A stretch of 64,000 nucleotides of DNA from Octopus vulgaris. Taxonomy: Eukaryota. This document shows positions 26,985 to 40,614 of this stretch, one piece after another. The notes below the pieces were generated by a model, which had not been told where the DNA came from, made no database searches, and was given only the letters and a program-made list of their open reading frames with translations. Position 1 is the stretch's first letter. The number at the start of each line of letters is the position of its first letter. Both the position numbers and the translations under genes were made by a program. The DNA lies in assembly GCA_951406725.2 (NCBI GenBank), contig OX597818.1, positions 140,120,001-140,184,000 on the forward strand, in the 5' to 3' direction.

Positions 26985-27736
26985 TATTATTAACTTGAGA
27001 GTAGGAGAACGGGCAGGGTCGTACTAAGAGCAGAAAGCGTGGAGAAATATTGCATAAAGAAAAGCATGAAGTTTACGTAGAATTATAAAGGTGATGCAGG
27101 TGTGACAGGAACGAAGTGATTGTGTTAGAGAACGAAGCAATGCCTATCATATGTGCCAGGAACTTTATTGCAGCATCCAGTGCTCAAATCTCAGAGCTAC
27201 AAATTTTAATAAACTGGAGTAGCTTGCTTAAGCCACTTTTGTTTTTCATTATTTTAGCTCTAGGTTTAAAGTTCAGTAATTTTATAAAATAATATTCCAA
27301 AGTAAACAAGGAAAACAACACAAGACATGTGTGTGATGCATGAAACACTCAGCACTAAAGTCTCACACATTGCAAAAGTAGTTCGGAGCAATATTCAGCG
27401 GTAACTTAACATTTGAATAATATTCCAAGCTTCTTAATTCTTTTTTTTGTTTTTTTCTTTTTTAATGTACGATAAGTGTAATCAAATAACTCTATATTCT
27501 GTACTGGATAACTGATTACTCTTCTTGTTCATAACATTTGTTTTCACAAGAGTGATTGTAAAACATTTGTTTTTTTATGAAAATTCAAACTAACCCTGGA
27601 AACGCGATTTAGCAAGAAGAAATTCCAAACGGTATATCAACAGTAGAGAAGCCTATTTTGAGCCTGACAAATCTGATTAAAATGGAAATAATGCAATAAT
27701 TTTGAAAACAAATTTGTTTCCTTTTGGCTATATCTC

Positions 27737-27787
<51 letters not shown>

Positions 27788-28263
27788 CGTTTGATGTTAG
27801 AGTGTGTGTATTATATAATATCAAATTACATACGTAAATGTGTTCTCAGAACAAGAATGCACATATGACAAATAGTTTTCTTCACATTATGCATGCAGAC
27901 GTTTGAGACTATATACATTTATGAATGTAGATATGTGCTTAAGGAAACCCCTATTTATATATGCGTGTGTATGTGCTTGCATATATTCATAGGCACAACA
28001 AATGCTTACGCCCATGTAAGAAAATAATTTTTATGACATTTTTTTTTCTTTACGTTTGAATATATCTACGCATCAGATAATTGTATTAATGGGATCCACT
28101 TATCTGAATCAGACTGAATTTATGTAAATATATGTTAAAGAGATCTTATATATCAATTATTCATTAAACCACAAATATGTACATACGCACAAACACAGAC
28201 ATACACACGTATATTCAATACACACACAGACACATATATATACATATAATCTACGCAAATATA

Positions 28264-28336
<73 letters not shown>

Positions 28337-29413
28337 ATACGTATATATATATATATATATATATTTATGTGCGCGTGTACGCATGTGCTGTTTATAATAT
28401 CACTATTGCTTAAATAAAATTGGCAGCACTTTCATTCTATAGTATTCTTGTCAGGAAAAGAGAGAACTCGAGTTTCCCAACGGAGTGCTTCGTGGTCTGA
28501 AGACTGGTCCTGAGTGGATAAATGGTATATATCAGTAGCTTATGGAGGGACGCCAGGAGCTTCTAGTCTGAGGAGCGGCTAATAAACTTTGAAACGGCTC
28601 ATCACAGGAAATTCTCTTCTATGCCTCTCATATCAGTAGAATAGAAGTGTTTAAATGATTTCCCCACCTATAGTGATATTCTATGATGTTTACATAGATT
28701 TCAGTTCATAGGATTTAAGTGTTGTGCATAAATAGCTATTGCTTAATTACTGTCGAGCAATCAAATCCATAAATATTTCAATACAGCTAGATCCCTTCTT
28801 TTCAATACATGCCCCGTGTTCTCTCAGACCTTTTTCCTAGTTCTGTGGCCTCCATCCTTCCGGATTCCTAACATCTCTTGACAACACATAACAACAGCGT
28901 CACCTTTCAAAATAATTCCTCTCTCAGCCCTCCTCACTCATCTCTCGACTCACCATGTTTAGTTATACTCTCAATCCCCAGTTCATTCACCCTCTCCATG
29001 CTCTGCCTTTCTTATCTCTTCTTGCCATTCCTCTGCTTCAACACTTGCCCTTCAATCACCTATATTTTTCTTTCATTTACTTCTGTTTGCATTCTTCTTT
29101 ACCAATTCGACCGTCAAATTCCCTCGAGTTATAATATGAACTGTTCGTTGCCAATCTCTTCACCCTGCATCTGCTACTGGTTGCATATCCTTAATATTTT
29201 GCATACTCTATCGGCTAACATCACAACTATTAAGTAACACTGAGCCCCTCAAAACAGCTATCGGGCCTGAAATACCACGCAGTCTCCCCTTATTTTTCTA
29301 TATTTTCTTTACACTATGAATTTGTTCTGTAAATATATCAATAGTTATATCCTTATACAAGAATGCTCTTCTAAATATTCTCAGTTATTTCTTTCACTAT
29401 TTCTATGCCTGTT

Positions 29414-29467
<54 letters not shown>

Positions 29468-29483
29468 CATATATATGTATGTA

Positions 29484-29571
<88 letters not shown>

Positions 29572-29707
29572 TATACATACATGTATATACATACATGCAT
29601 GCATGTATGTATGTATGTATGTATGTATGTGTAATTTATATAGCACTCCCAAATGTGTTTATTTGCATCATTCTCTCCATATACGTACATACTGACATAC
29701 ATACATG

Positions 29708-29770
<63 letters not shown>

Positions 29771-30359
29771 ACATATGTATATATGTATGTATGCATATAT
29801 TATGTATGTATGCACATAAGTATTCAAATGAAGATATAGTAAGAGTATCACTTGGTGAGTCAGATTTCTCCTAGCTATGAAGTTTACAATATGCGTTTAA
29901 GATTGTATCACGAGCTTCTATCATTCGATGACCTTTTCCAAAGTTCACATCAACGCTGGAACTTGATAACATTAGGTTATATACTAAATATTTTATTATT
30001 GTTAAAATACCTTTGATGTTCCCTATTTCAACAAAAACTATATGCATATAAATATAAATATAATCAAATACACTGCTTTATGTATAAACACATTTGTATA
30101 TATACGTGTGTGGGTATGAGAGGTGCATCTAATGAAAGCGAAGTATCGCAGAAACGAAAAGACATATGCCAAATTGTAGTCTTTATTGTGGCAGCGGATG
30201 TCTAACGTAATGATGAAGGCTGTGGTATAGAGGAAAATATCCCGACAGCACCACTTCCTAACTGTCTTCCATTTTGTTTTTGTTTTATTGATTTGCAAAT
30301 GTTTATGTTTCCTTGTTTATTATATGTTCGTCAATTTCTTCCTCAAACCACTTCCTTAT

Positions 30360-30545
<186 letters not shown>

Positions 30546-30862
30546 CTATCTGTGTCTATGTATCTGTCTGCCTGCCTGCCTGTCTGTGCGACTGTGTGTT
30601 TATGTGTCTGTCTATCTGCCTGCTTGCCTATCTGTCTGTCTATCAATCTATCAGTGTGTCTGTCTGTCTGTTTGAACATGTGATTTTAACTCGTAAAAAG
30701 GTTGGTATGAATTTTCTTAACCAAATGCTCCCCCATTAATTCTTCATTGACTTTACCTTGCAAATTGTAATCTATATGTGTTTGAGTGTTTATATGCGTA
30801 TGTGCACACGTGTATATTGATTTATACAGGTGCGAATAGAAGCATATACATATGCATGCTAA

Positions 30863-30918
<56 letters not shown>

Positions 30919-30991
30919 TGCACACACAGACGCATATATATATATATATATACCTTATTTACTGTGGTTAACCCCGACTCAACCCGGGACC

Positions 30992-31050
<59 letters not shown>

Positions 31051-31079
31051 GAGTCAGTGTGTGTACAAATATTATATAT

Positions 31080-31215
31080 AGTGAAGGCGCGTGCCCTACT
31101 GATTAGGCTATCGCACTTGCAATCACTAGATCATGGTTTCGACTCCATGACCAGACGGCTCGTTGTGTCCTTGAAAAAAACAAGACATTATTTCACATTA
31201 CTCCAGTCCTCTTTC
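31080..31215 (+). mobile_element. Degenerate SINE family C head
   Basis: gtgaaggcgcgtg..gttgtgtccttg..caagacattatttcacattactccagtcc. Confidence 0.6.
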
Positions 31216-31354
31216 CATCAGAAATATGTTGTCGAGGGCTAGTACGAAATAAAATTCACTCTGACTAGCGATGTATAACACCATCTTATAACCACGTGGA
31301 CCTAATAATCAAGTGTGATACACACAACCGCGAACAGACAAACATATACATATG

Positions 31355-31428
<74 letters not shown>

Positions 31429-32052
31429 TGTATATAAGTATGTATATATATATATATATATATATGTATATGTATATACATACATACACACATTTATATA
31501 TATGTACATACGTATATATATGAACGCTAAAAATTTGCGTAGTACGCACATTTTATAAACAATACGGTCAAAAGAGATGTCTCAAGATTTCAATCACTAC
31601 TTCTTCTTCTTCTTCTTCTTCTTTTTCTTCTTCTTCTTCTTCTTCTTCTTCTTCTTCTTCTTCTTCTTCTTCTTCTTCTTCTTCTTCTCGTTCTTCTCCT
31701 TCCCTACCAAGAATTCACAACGACCTCGAACCCACAAGAGGATACATGAGAGACAGGGACAGGCAGAAACAAGGAAAATGCCTCTTGTGTTTTAATACTA
31801 AGCAAATATTCTTTAAACACTTTTCTTTTAATTTTTTCCAAATTTAAATTTCCAAAATTTAACTCGTGTGTTCCTTTTCAACCTTGTACATATAAATATA
31901 TATATACATATATGTACATATATATATATATATATGTGTGTGTGTATGTATATATATATATATATATGTAGTTCCCGGGTTGATACGGGGTTAACCACAG
32001 TAAGTAAGGTACTCAATACATAGCAGAGTAAAATTAATTTATTATATAGAAG

Positions 32053-32104
32053 GAGCTTCTACAGGACTAGTACTGTTTCATTCAAGAGAAATCTTCAGAA
32101 AGCT
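32053..32104 (-). ncRNA. Type I hammerhead ribozyme (minus-strand copy)
   Basis: agcttt-CTGAAGA-tttctcttgaat-GAAA-cag-tactagtc-ctgtA-gaagct. Confidence 0.75.
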
Positions 32105-32223
32105 TCAGGAAGCTCCTTGGTAGGGAAGGAGAAGAACGAGAAGAAGAAGAAGAAGAAGAAGAAGAAGAAGAAGAAGAAGAAGAAGAAGAAGAAGAAGAAA
32201 AAGAAGAAGAAGAAGAAGAAGAA

Positions 32224-32276
32224 GAGCTTCCTGAAGATTTCTCTTGAATGAAACAGTACTAGTCCTGTAGAAGCTC
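32224..32276 (+). ncRNA. Type I hammerhead ribozyme (plus-strand copy)
   Basis: gagcttc-CTGAAGA-t.ttc(tctt)gaa.t-GAAA-cag(tactagtc)ctg-TA-gaagctc: 7-bp stem I, canonical core, GUA cleavage after 32269. Confidence 0.8.
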
Positions 32277-32286
32277 CTTCTATATA

Positions 32287-32336
<50 letters not shown>

Positions 32337-32907
32337 GTGTACAAGTCAGTAAATGGTGGGGTTGTGTTAACCACACGTGGAGAAATGATAGGAAAGGAAA
32401 AATAGTAATAATAAGGTAGAACGCTAAACTGAAAGAAAACTTTAATATAAATGGTTATAAGAAAGATTAAAAAAGGAAATCAAAGTAGTTTTCATTGCAA
32501 GGCAAATTTTCAAGATGAGGAAGGGAACACTTATTTTTATGATAATGAAAGGGAAAATATATATATATATATAATTTTTTTTTTTAAATAATAAATATAT
32601 ACAAAAATTAATAAATAAGTATACCAATACACTATAGAGTCTTTAAGCTTTTAAAATTCAGTATTATTCCATGGAAAAACTTCTTTGGAGGATTAGGATG
32701 CATGTGTTTTAGTGTAGTGTTTTGTATGAGAAGGATTGGTGTTTGTGTGTCAAATCAGGAAATGGAGCAGGAGTTATTCAGCTCCTGTGAATTAGGGGAG
32801 ACAATTCTGTGGATTTTATACTGTTTAATTGGAATGCTGGGTTTCTTGTCAATCAGGATCTTTATATTTATATTTTGTCAAACAGGATGCTAGAAAAAGG
32901 AATACAA

Positions 32908-33790
32908 TTATCGTGCAGTTTGCATATTAAGAAGCTTTTGGAATTTTTCAATAAAAAGATTCTCCTTGTTGATTCTTTCTTGTGTAGAGTTTATGTCTTT
33001 ACATTGATAGAAAGAGAATATACGAAATTTGAGATTTTTATTTCCAGCACAAGAGTCTATGTGGCTACTGAGTTGAATTTGACGGTATTGTGGGAGATTT
33101 ATATGTTCTTTATGGACTTCTAGTCTTCTCCGTAAAGGAAGACTCGTCTGTCCGAAATATTTGTGTCGGTAACATGCGCATATAAGGACATAAATTAGGT
33201 TCTCGGAGGAACAAGAAAAGTTGGTCTTGATTTTAAACTTTGTTCCTTGTTTGAATGAAAATTCAGAACCTTCAAGTTTGAAGATGCAGGTACCACAGTT
33301 AGGGTGTGCACAGTTTTTAACTGATGGGAGTGGATGTGGTGTGTGTAGTTTGGCATTTGTTAAGAATTGTTTTCAATGATTTATGTTGACTTTTGCATTT
33401 AAGAATTTTATGTGTATCGATAATATTTTTCATTTTCGGGTCCATGGACAGTAAGGGGTGGTTTTGTATGATTGTGGTGTATGCTTCGATGTTTTGGGGG
33501 TTGTGGATAGGTATGAATGGAAGTATTTTGAGGTTGGGTGTGTTACTGTGTTGGGTGGTTTTCGGTGTGTTATTGTCGAGTTCCTTGGCACGTTTTATTC
33601 CATAGTCTATGAGTGTGGAGGGATATTGGTGTTGTAATAGTTTTTTTTTAGGTCTTGAAAGCGTATTTCTTGGGTGGTTGAGTCCGAGACAATGGTGCAA
33701 ATCCTTTTAGCTAAGTTGAAGGGGATATTTATCTTGGTGTGTTTTGGGTGGCATGAACTGAAGATGAGGTATTGTTGTGAGTCTGTCTCA
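32908..33790 (-). pseudogene. Penelope-like RT C-terminus and GIY-YIG endonuclease (frameshifted)
   Basis: TDSQQYLIFSSCHPKHTKINIPFNLAKRICTIVS (PLE thumb); KNCAHPNCGTC; FSCSSENLIYVLICACYRHKYFGQTSLPLRRRLEVH...SHI...ERINKENLFIEKF..LLN; stop at 32908. Confidence 0.9.
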
Positions 33791-33902
33791 CAACAAGTAA
33801 GTACTGGAGTTGATTCACTCGCCTAAATATTAAGCGCGGTGCCCCAGCATGACCGCAATCTCGTAACTGACAAAAATAAAAGACGAAAGATATATATCCA
33901 TA

Positions 33903-35038
33903 CATGCAGGAAGTAAATAGACACCTTTAATTTTCAAAATCGTTTATTTGATATACAAAGCGAACATTTGAAATGCAATCGATATGTAGGACTACATACT
34001 TTAGTATTTAGTTGACATTCCCTCGCAGTTTTTAATTCAGAAACTCTTTTTGACATTGAACTGATGAACTTGTGATTGTCTCTTGTGGAATTTCTACCCA
34101 CTTTTCACGCAACAATCGAAACAATTCATCTTTAGATTTAGGTTTCTGTCGAGCTTTCCGTATAGCGCTATCTGGTATGCTCCAAAGATTTTCAATTGGG
34201 TTCATGTCAGGAGAATGGCTCGGCCAAGGAAGCCTTTTGATTCCATGTTCAGTCAGCCATTGTTGGTTCCAACACATTCAATCAGCGCAGAACGACCATT
34301 GCTGTTGACAGCTCCCCATACCATTACAGAGATACCGCCATGTTTCACAGTTGGTTAGATTCGTTTCAAATCAAATTCTTGAATGGGAAGCTTCCAGACC
34401 CAATCACGTCCACTGTCTGAAAATAATGCAAATCTGGATCCATCTGCGAAAATCGCTCTATCCAAAAATGAACTGGATTTTTCTGACATCTCCTTGACTC
34501 ATTTCTTTCTTTTCATGATATGAATTGGTTGAAGGAGAGGTTTTCTTCTAGCTGCTCGCCCATAATACCCAAGCTTATGCAGGTATGTAACACATGTTCT
34601 TGGACTAACTTCTATATGTTTTGCAGTGTCAGAAGCCATAGAACGATGTTCGTTTTCCACAATTCTCTTCAAACAGTGAAGATTCCTTTCCGATGGACCA
34701 GGTCGGCCGGGACGAGAATCTGTTGATTCTTTTCCTTGGCTTTTGAATTGCACTATAATTCTATTAACAGTAGCAAGAGGAATTAGAAGACTTTCGGCAA
34801 TTTTTCACTGTCTAAGCCCAGCCTCATATTGCCCAACAATACGACCTCTTTGAAAATCTGACATTTCTGCTGATTTTTTTGTGTGCATGGCATGGTTATT
34901 CTTCGCAAATGTTTAACATACAGGAACCTGGAATGAAAAAGAATAATTACATTGTAAATTCTACACCGCTGTAAACATATTAAGAAGCTTAGATCAGACA
35001 TTTTGAAAATTAAATGTGTCTATTTACTTCCTACATGT
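33903..35038 (-). mobile_element. Tc1-family DNA transposon with both TIRs; transposase pseudogene
   Basis: ~38-bp TIRs catg(c/t)aggaagtaaatagacac(c/a)tttaattttcaaaat. Minus-strand transposase from ATG 34893 to ~34001 has [41 protein letters not shown] and WPSHSPDMNPIENLW, with stops and an internal deletion. Confidence 0.93.
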
Positions 35039-35818
35039 TTGTGTAGATACACACACATGCGTTCAATCATACATACGTACATACATACATACATACATAC
35101 ATACATACATACATACATACATACATACATACATACATACATGTAGATATAGCCAGTGAAAGCGAGGCTTAGGAGAAGCATATATATATATATATATATA
35201 TGTTTGTTGTACGTTGGTGTATGACTCTGTGTGTCTCTACGAGACTCAGTAATGACGTAGACACAATTTGGCATACAACCATACATACTTCATGAAATGA
35301 TATTATATTCCTATACAAACAGTAAAATATTCTGAAAAACACTCATAATGATCCGTCTCATGAATATATACGGGCACATACATAACTACGCATTCCTTTA
35401 GTGACAAACAATCAGATGCAAAACATAGAGACACGTAAGTTCATTGCTATCTGGGAAAGACAAACAAAGAAAAATACTAATATCTAGAACTAAACATATT
35501 TTAATGATAGAGAGAAACTAAAGTTTGAAAGAAATTTATGCAGAATTTGACAAAACGCAATGAAGTCTTTGTTTAGAAGATTTAAATGTAAAAAGCAGAA
35601 AAAAAACATAAGAAGAATGATTAACAGAAAAGGGAAGAAAAAAGATTGAAAAATAGGGGACTACGTTGTGCACAGCTATGTATATACGTTCTGTTGAAGT
35701 GAAGATTTACTTTCTGTCGACTACGAACGTTCGTAATGGCTGAATTTTTTCATTTTTAATGTGTAATTCACACACTCACATGTATGTATGTATGCTGATA
35801 CGTACATAAAAACACGTT

Positions 35819-35864
<46 letters not shown>

Positions 35865-37124
35865 TGTGTGTGTGTGTGTGTGTGTATGTGTGTGTATAAT
35901 ATATATATATGTATATATCATATATATATATACATAGATAAGTATGCATATATATATAAATAGATGTAGAGGTAACTACGTATATGTACACATACATCTA
36001 CATATTTACATCTATATAATGATGCATATGCACATATATATGTATTTAATAATATACATGTATTTATGTATTTCTATGTATACATAAATATCTATATATA
36101 TCTATATAATAGTTTTTAATTTTTAATTTTTTGTTTTTGTTTATGTTTTCGTTCAAACTTGTTGAAAACAACAATTAAATATAAAATAAACGTCAGAAAA
36201 ATTATTGAACGTAATAGGATGAGCTTCAGAAAAACGTTGTAACGTAATATAATAGAATGCCTATAAGGAAGGAACCGTAGATATTGAAAAACCGAATGAG
36301 AGGAACACGAATAAAAACGATTTGCATGTGAGAATGAATATATCTACGAAAGTAATGTAAATGGATCCTCGTCGTTTTCTACGATAATTAATCAAAGTAT
36401 TCGATGAACTAAATTTCTTCGTCATTGCATTATTAAGTGGCTGTAGATTGCAAAATTTGAAGTATGAGATGGTTGAAGTTTCAGGTATAGCTACAATGTA
36501 TCCTATGGGCTTCCATGCAGTTTCATTTAGTTTTATTCAAACGACTAGAGTTGATCAGAAAAAATGCGAAGAATAATTTCCATAAGGGTTTTTTGCAATA
36601 AAATCGAAACCGTGACATTATGATTCTTACGCGTTCGATCTTGTTACTAGTATATATGCACACACGAGTGCACAAGAAGACACAGGCACATATACACACG
36701 CACACGCACACACGTGTCCACATGTACACACACACGCTCAAATTCACATACACTAGCCGAAGCATAACTAGCAGGGTTAAGATCGCTTCGCAACTATGTG
36801 GCGTGGGGAACTCACTGAATTGTAGATTGTGAGTGATGCGAGTGAATTTGATAGCGTGTATGAGGAAACCGGTCATGTATACAGATATATAGTCATGCAT
36901 AAATAAATTTATGTATGTGTGTAGGTGTATGCGCGCGTGTGGCGGTGTGTGTACGGGTATCCGTATGTGTGACATTGTACCCTGTGTCGGTTTGTTTACG
37001 TCCACGTAACTTACCAGTTCAGAAAGAGAAACCGATATTGTAAGTGTCAGACTATAAAAAATATACTAGCATCTATCTCATGAATTTTCTCTACATTTCC
37101 GAAAGTGGCGCTTGTGGCAAGTCT

Positions 37125-37462
37125 CTCTTGCAGAGACGTTCTTCAGCTTTTGAAGCGGCTGTACCTTTCAAAGCATTTCGTAAGTACCATTGCTTCATCA
37201 CTGTAAGCTTGCCGATTTCTCAGTAGTTGATTTCCGAAGTTTAACGTAAAATTTCACGTTGGCCTTTTCTTACAACGTTCTGTTAATGACAAAATTGCAG
37301 ACTACAACATACACGTGATCACAAGAACATAAGTTTCAAAACTCACGGGGTAAAAACAGCGATGTCGCTCCACATGAAGGTCACTTATAGCTCTCACTGC
37401 AGACACAACTGGGTGCTGCCATCTACAGATCCAGTCCGAGAACGTTTTGATGCCACCTCGTA
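37125..37462 (-). mobile_element. Mariner-family 5' fragment (TIR plus transposase N-terminal HTH)
   Basis: Minus strand starts TACGAGGTGGCATCAAAACGTTCTCGGACT (mariner-type TIR) and encodes ANVKFYVKLRKSTTE...DEAMVLTKCFERYSRFKS*RTSL. Confidence 0.75.
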
Positions 37463-37467
37463 CATAA

Positions 37468-37504
<37 letters not shown>

Positions 37505-37650
37505 TATATACAATAAAAATGGTAAATAATTTTCCTGTGGTTTTTCATGTAACCAACAATTATTTACCGGTAAATTTCGATGTAAATACGACAAAATAAT
37601 TGTCAAGACCTTTGTAAGGTTCAGTATATAGTAAAGAAACCAACTTATAT

Positions 37651-37686
<36 letters not shown>

Positions 37687-37724
37687 TTATGTGCGAGGTG
37701 GCATTAAAATGTTCTCGGACTGGA

Positions 37725-37761
<37 letters not shown>

Positions 37762-39010
37762 GCAATAGATATAACGAGTTTCAACGTAGTTTCCAGCTGC
37801 CAAGTTCACTCACAAGGCATTGACCCACCCGGATCTATTGTAGAAGACACTTACCGAGGATACCGCAGCACTATGAGAATGAACCCAGAACCACGTGGTT
37901 GCAGAGTGTGCTACTTAGCCATAGAGTTTATTCATGAATTTGATTTAAAACTTAGGTATGTATAACAGAGATGTTTGTGATGATATTGTTGTTGCTGTTG
38001 TTGTTGTTTTATATTTTTATTACATTAAGAATTCATCTCAGAGGAATATTGTATCGATGTTTTTTGAGAAAAAGAGAAAAGAAAATGTAGTTTCAAGGAT
38101 CTTGAAATAAAAATGGCGTTGCCAACGATCTAAGTGGCAGCAACTATGAAGGAATGCGGAACGAAAACAATATGAACCTACTACATGCATACATATCTCA
38201 AGCAAAAAATTGTTCTGTGTTACACACATGCTTATCTCGCGCTCTCTCTCCCCATCCTGTCTGTCCCCCTTTTCCTCTCTCTCTTTAACACAGATGCATA
38301 CATACACGATGTTACCTGTACATACACGTTGGAGTACCATTTTCTTTTAGTTTATAGAACAATCTAGGAGTCAGAGTGTCATGTCATTCCGATACTGTCA
38401 TTCTAGAGGAGTTTGCTTGTTATTGGATTAGAGAAATTCGTTAAGATTTATGCTCCGAGCTTCTCCATAATAGGTTTCACTCAGAATACTTTTGTAAAGA
38501 TATTTGTTTGTTTTTATATGTTATTTTATGTTGTTTTATTTTTTGGCAAAGATTTTCCAATTTTCCTTTAATAATTCATGTTACTGCTCATGTTTAATAT
38601 AAGGTTGAGTGTGTGCATTTTATGTTTAGTGTGTGTACCCCTGTATTTATGCGTATATTTACGTATGTGCGTGTGTGTATGAACGTGTAAAATGTATACG
38701 CAAATATGTGTGCGCATATGTACATATATACGCACATACAAACCACACACATATGTGTATATGTGTGTGTGTATGTATCCAAGACGTATGTTTTTGTGCG
38801 AGCGTTTGCGAGTGTGTTTGTGCATGTAGGCATGTATATATCTATATATGCATTGGTATATCTGTGTGCATACATGTGTACGCTTATATAGAAAGACACA
38901 GAGGAGGCTGAGATTGTTAAACAATTACATAGATATGTATATGAGGATATGACTATAATTATATGTGTGGAAAAGAGAGAGAGAGAGAAAGGAAGAGAGA
39001 TAATCAGACA

Positions 39011-39041
<31 letters not shown>

Positions 39042-39184
39042 TCCTCATCATAATCGAATAACGTCTAAATGTGTGTGTGAACAGCTAGAAAGACATATAG
39101 ATACATAGACAGATTGATAGATAGATCAATAGACAGACAGACAGACATATAGATGAGTAGATAGATAGATAGACAGATAGATAT

Positions 39185-39260
<76 letters not shown>

Positions 39261-39561
39261 CGAAATGCAGACATGCATACGTGATACTCTAAGGCTAAAC
39301 TAATGGAAAGAAAAGCTGTTTTTGAAATTGCATTTCATCAAAGTAATTATAAGGTTTCCGAATTATTCTAAACTTTCATCTAAATGAATTCATATATTTT
39401 TAGATAGATATTTGAAAGATAAACATATATTTACCTATTTACACTTACGTGCGTAGATTGATGTGCTTAAAGGTACATATTAATAAATATTACACGTATA
39501 CTATGGTCGACTATAAATGCATGAAATACACATATGTCTCGGATTTTATATGAGTTGTGTC

Positions 39562-39675
<114 letters not shown>

Positions 39676-40614
39676 AAATGTATATGCATATATAAGAACA
39701 AACACACGCAAATACTCATACACACTCGCGCGCGCGCGCACATACACACATACCCACATGTATACACATTTTTACGTTTGCATGCACATAATGTATATGT
39801 ATATATCTATATATGTATATGTCATCATATATAAGCATACATACACATACACAAATGTTCACACGGAAGAAATTCAGATTGGATCATCGATTTCACCGTT
39901 GTAAAGGTGTTGTCAGTGGACCCGACAACACCTTTACAAAGCGTTTCGGTTTAATAGAAACACTCAGGATCAATCAAGTTTCTCCTTCATGTCTTCAATA
40001 TATTTCCAGTGATATAGAGTTGCTTTACCGTTCTTAGGACAGTTAACTGGATGATAAAGTGCAGAAACCTAATCTTCCACTCAGAAATTGCCGTGTCTAT
40101 CATGGATCTTCAGTTGATCTATAGGGGCTCCCGTTGACGATCCCACCGCTTAAGGTAGTTTCTTGTTTCAATATTTCTTCCATGCTTGAAAGAATAAATT
40201 GCTTGATATAATCTTAATACATCCCTAATGTGTTTATCATGACTGCGTCTGTACAATGGGACAGAAAAGCAGCGATAGATGATTTGGTAACGAAGGTAGA
40301 ACTCCATCTTACCTGGGATGGGGGGAGGGATACACACCTGGGATTTAACACAGAGATATCTGTGTTCCCACGCTAGGTAACATTGGCATTATTGTTGTTA
40401 TTGTTATTATGGTGGAAATATTACAAAATCATCAAGGTCTCAAAAGAAAATTGCATATTGCTATAGATATATACTTAAATAGGTTACTAAATATATAAGA
40501 CTGATGCATAAATTCATACATTGCTACTTAGCTGACTAGACAGACAGACAGACCGACAAATAAGCAGGCAGGCAAATAGGTAGATAGATTCATAAAGAGA
40601 TGTCTCTGTGAGTA

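Larger units (their letters stand above)
31968..33790 (-). mobile_element. 5'-truncated Penelope-like element (RT thumb, zinc linker, GIY-YIG endonuclease, 3' UTR, hammerhead-bearing pLTR)
   Basis: Coding remnant 33790-32908 plus downstream pLTR-like segments with hammerheads. Linking the pLTR to this ORF is an inference from position and strand. Confidence 0.8.
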
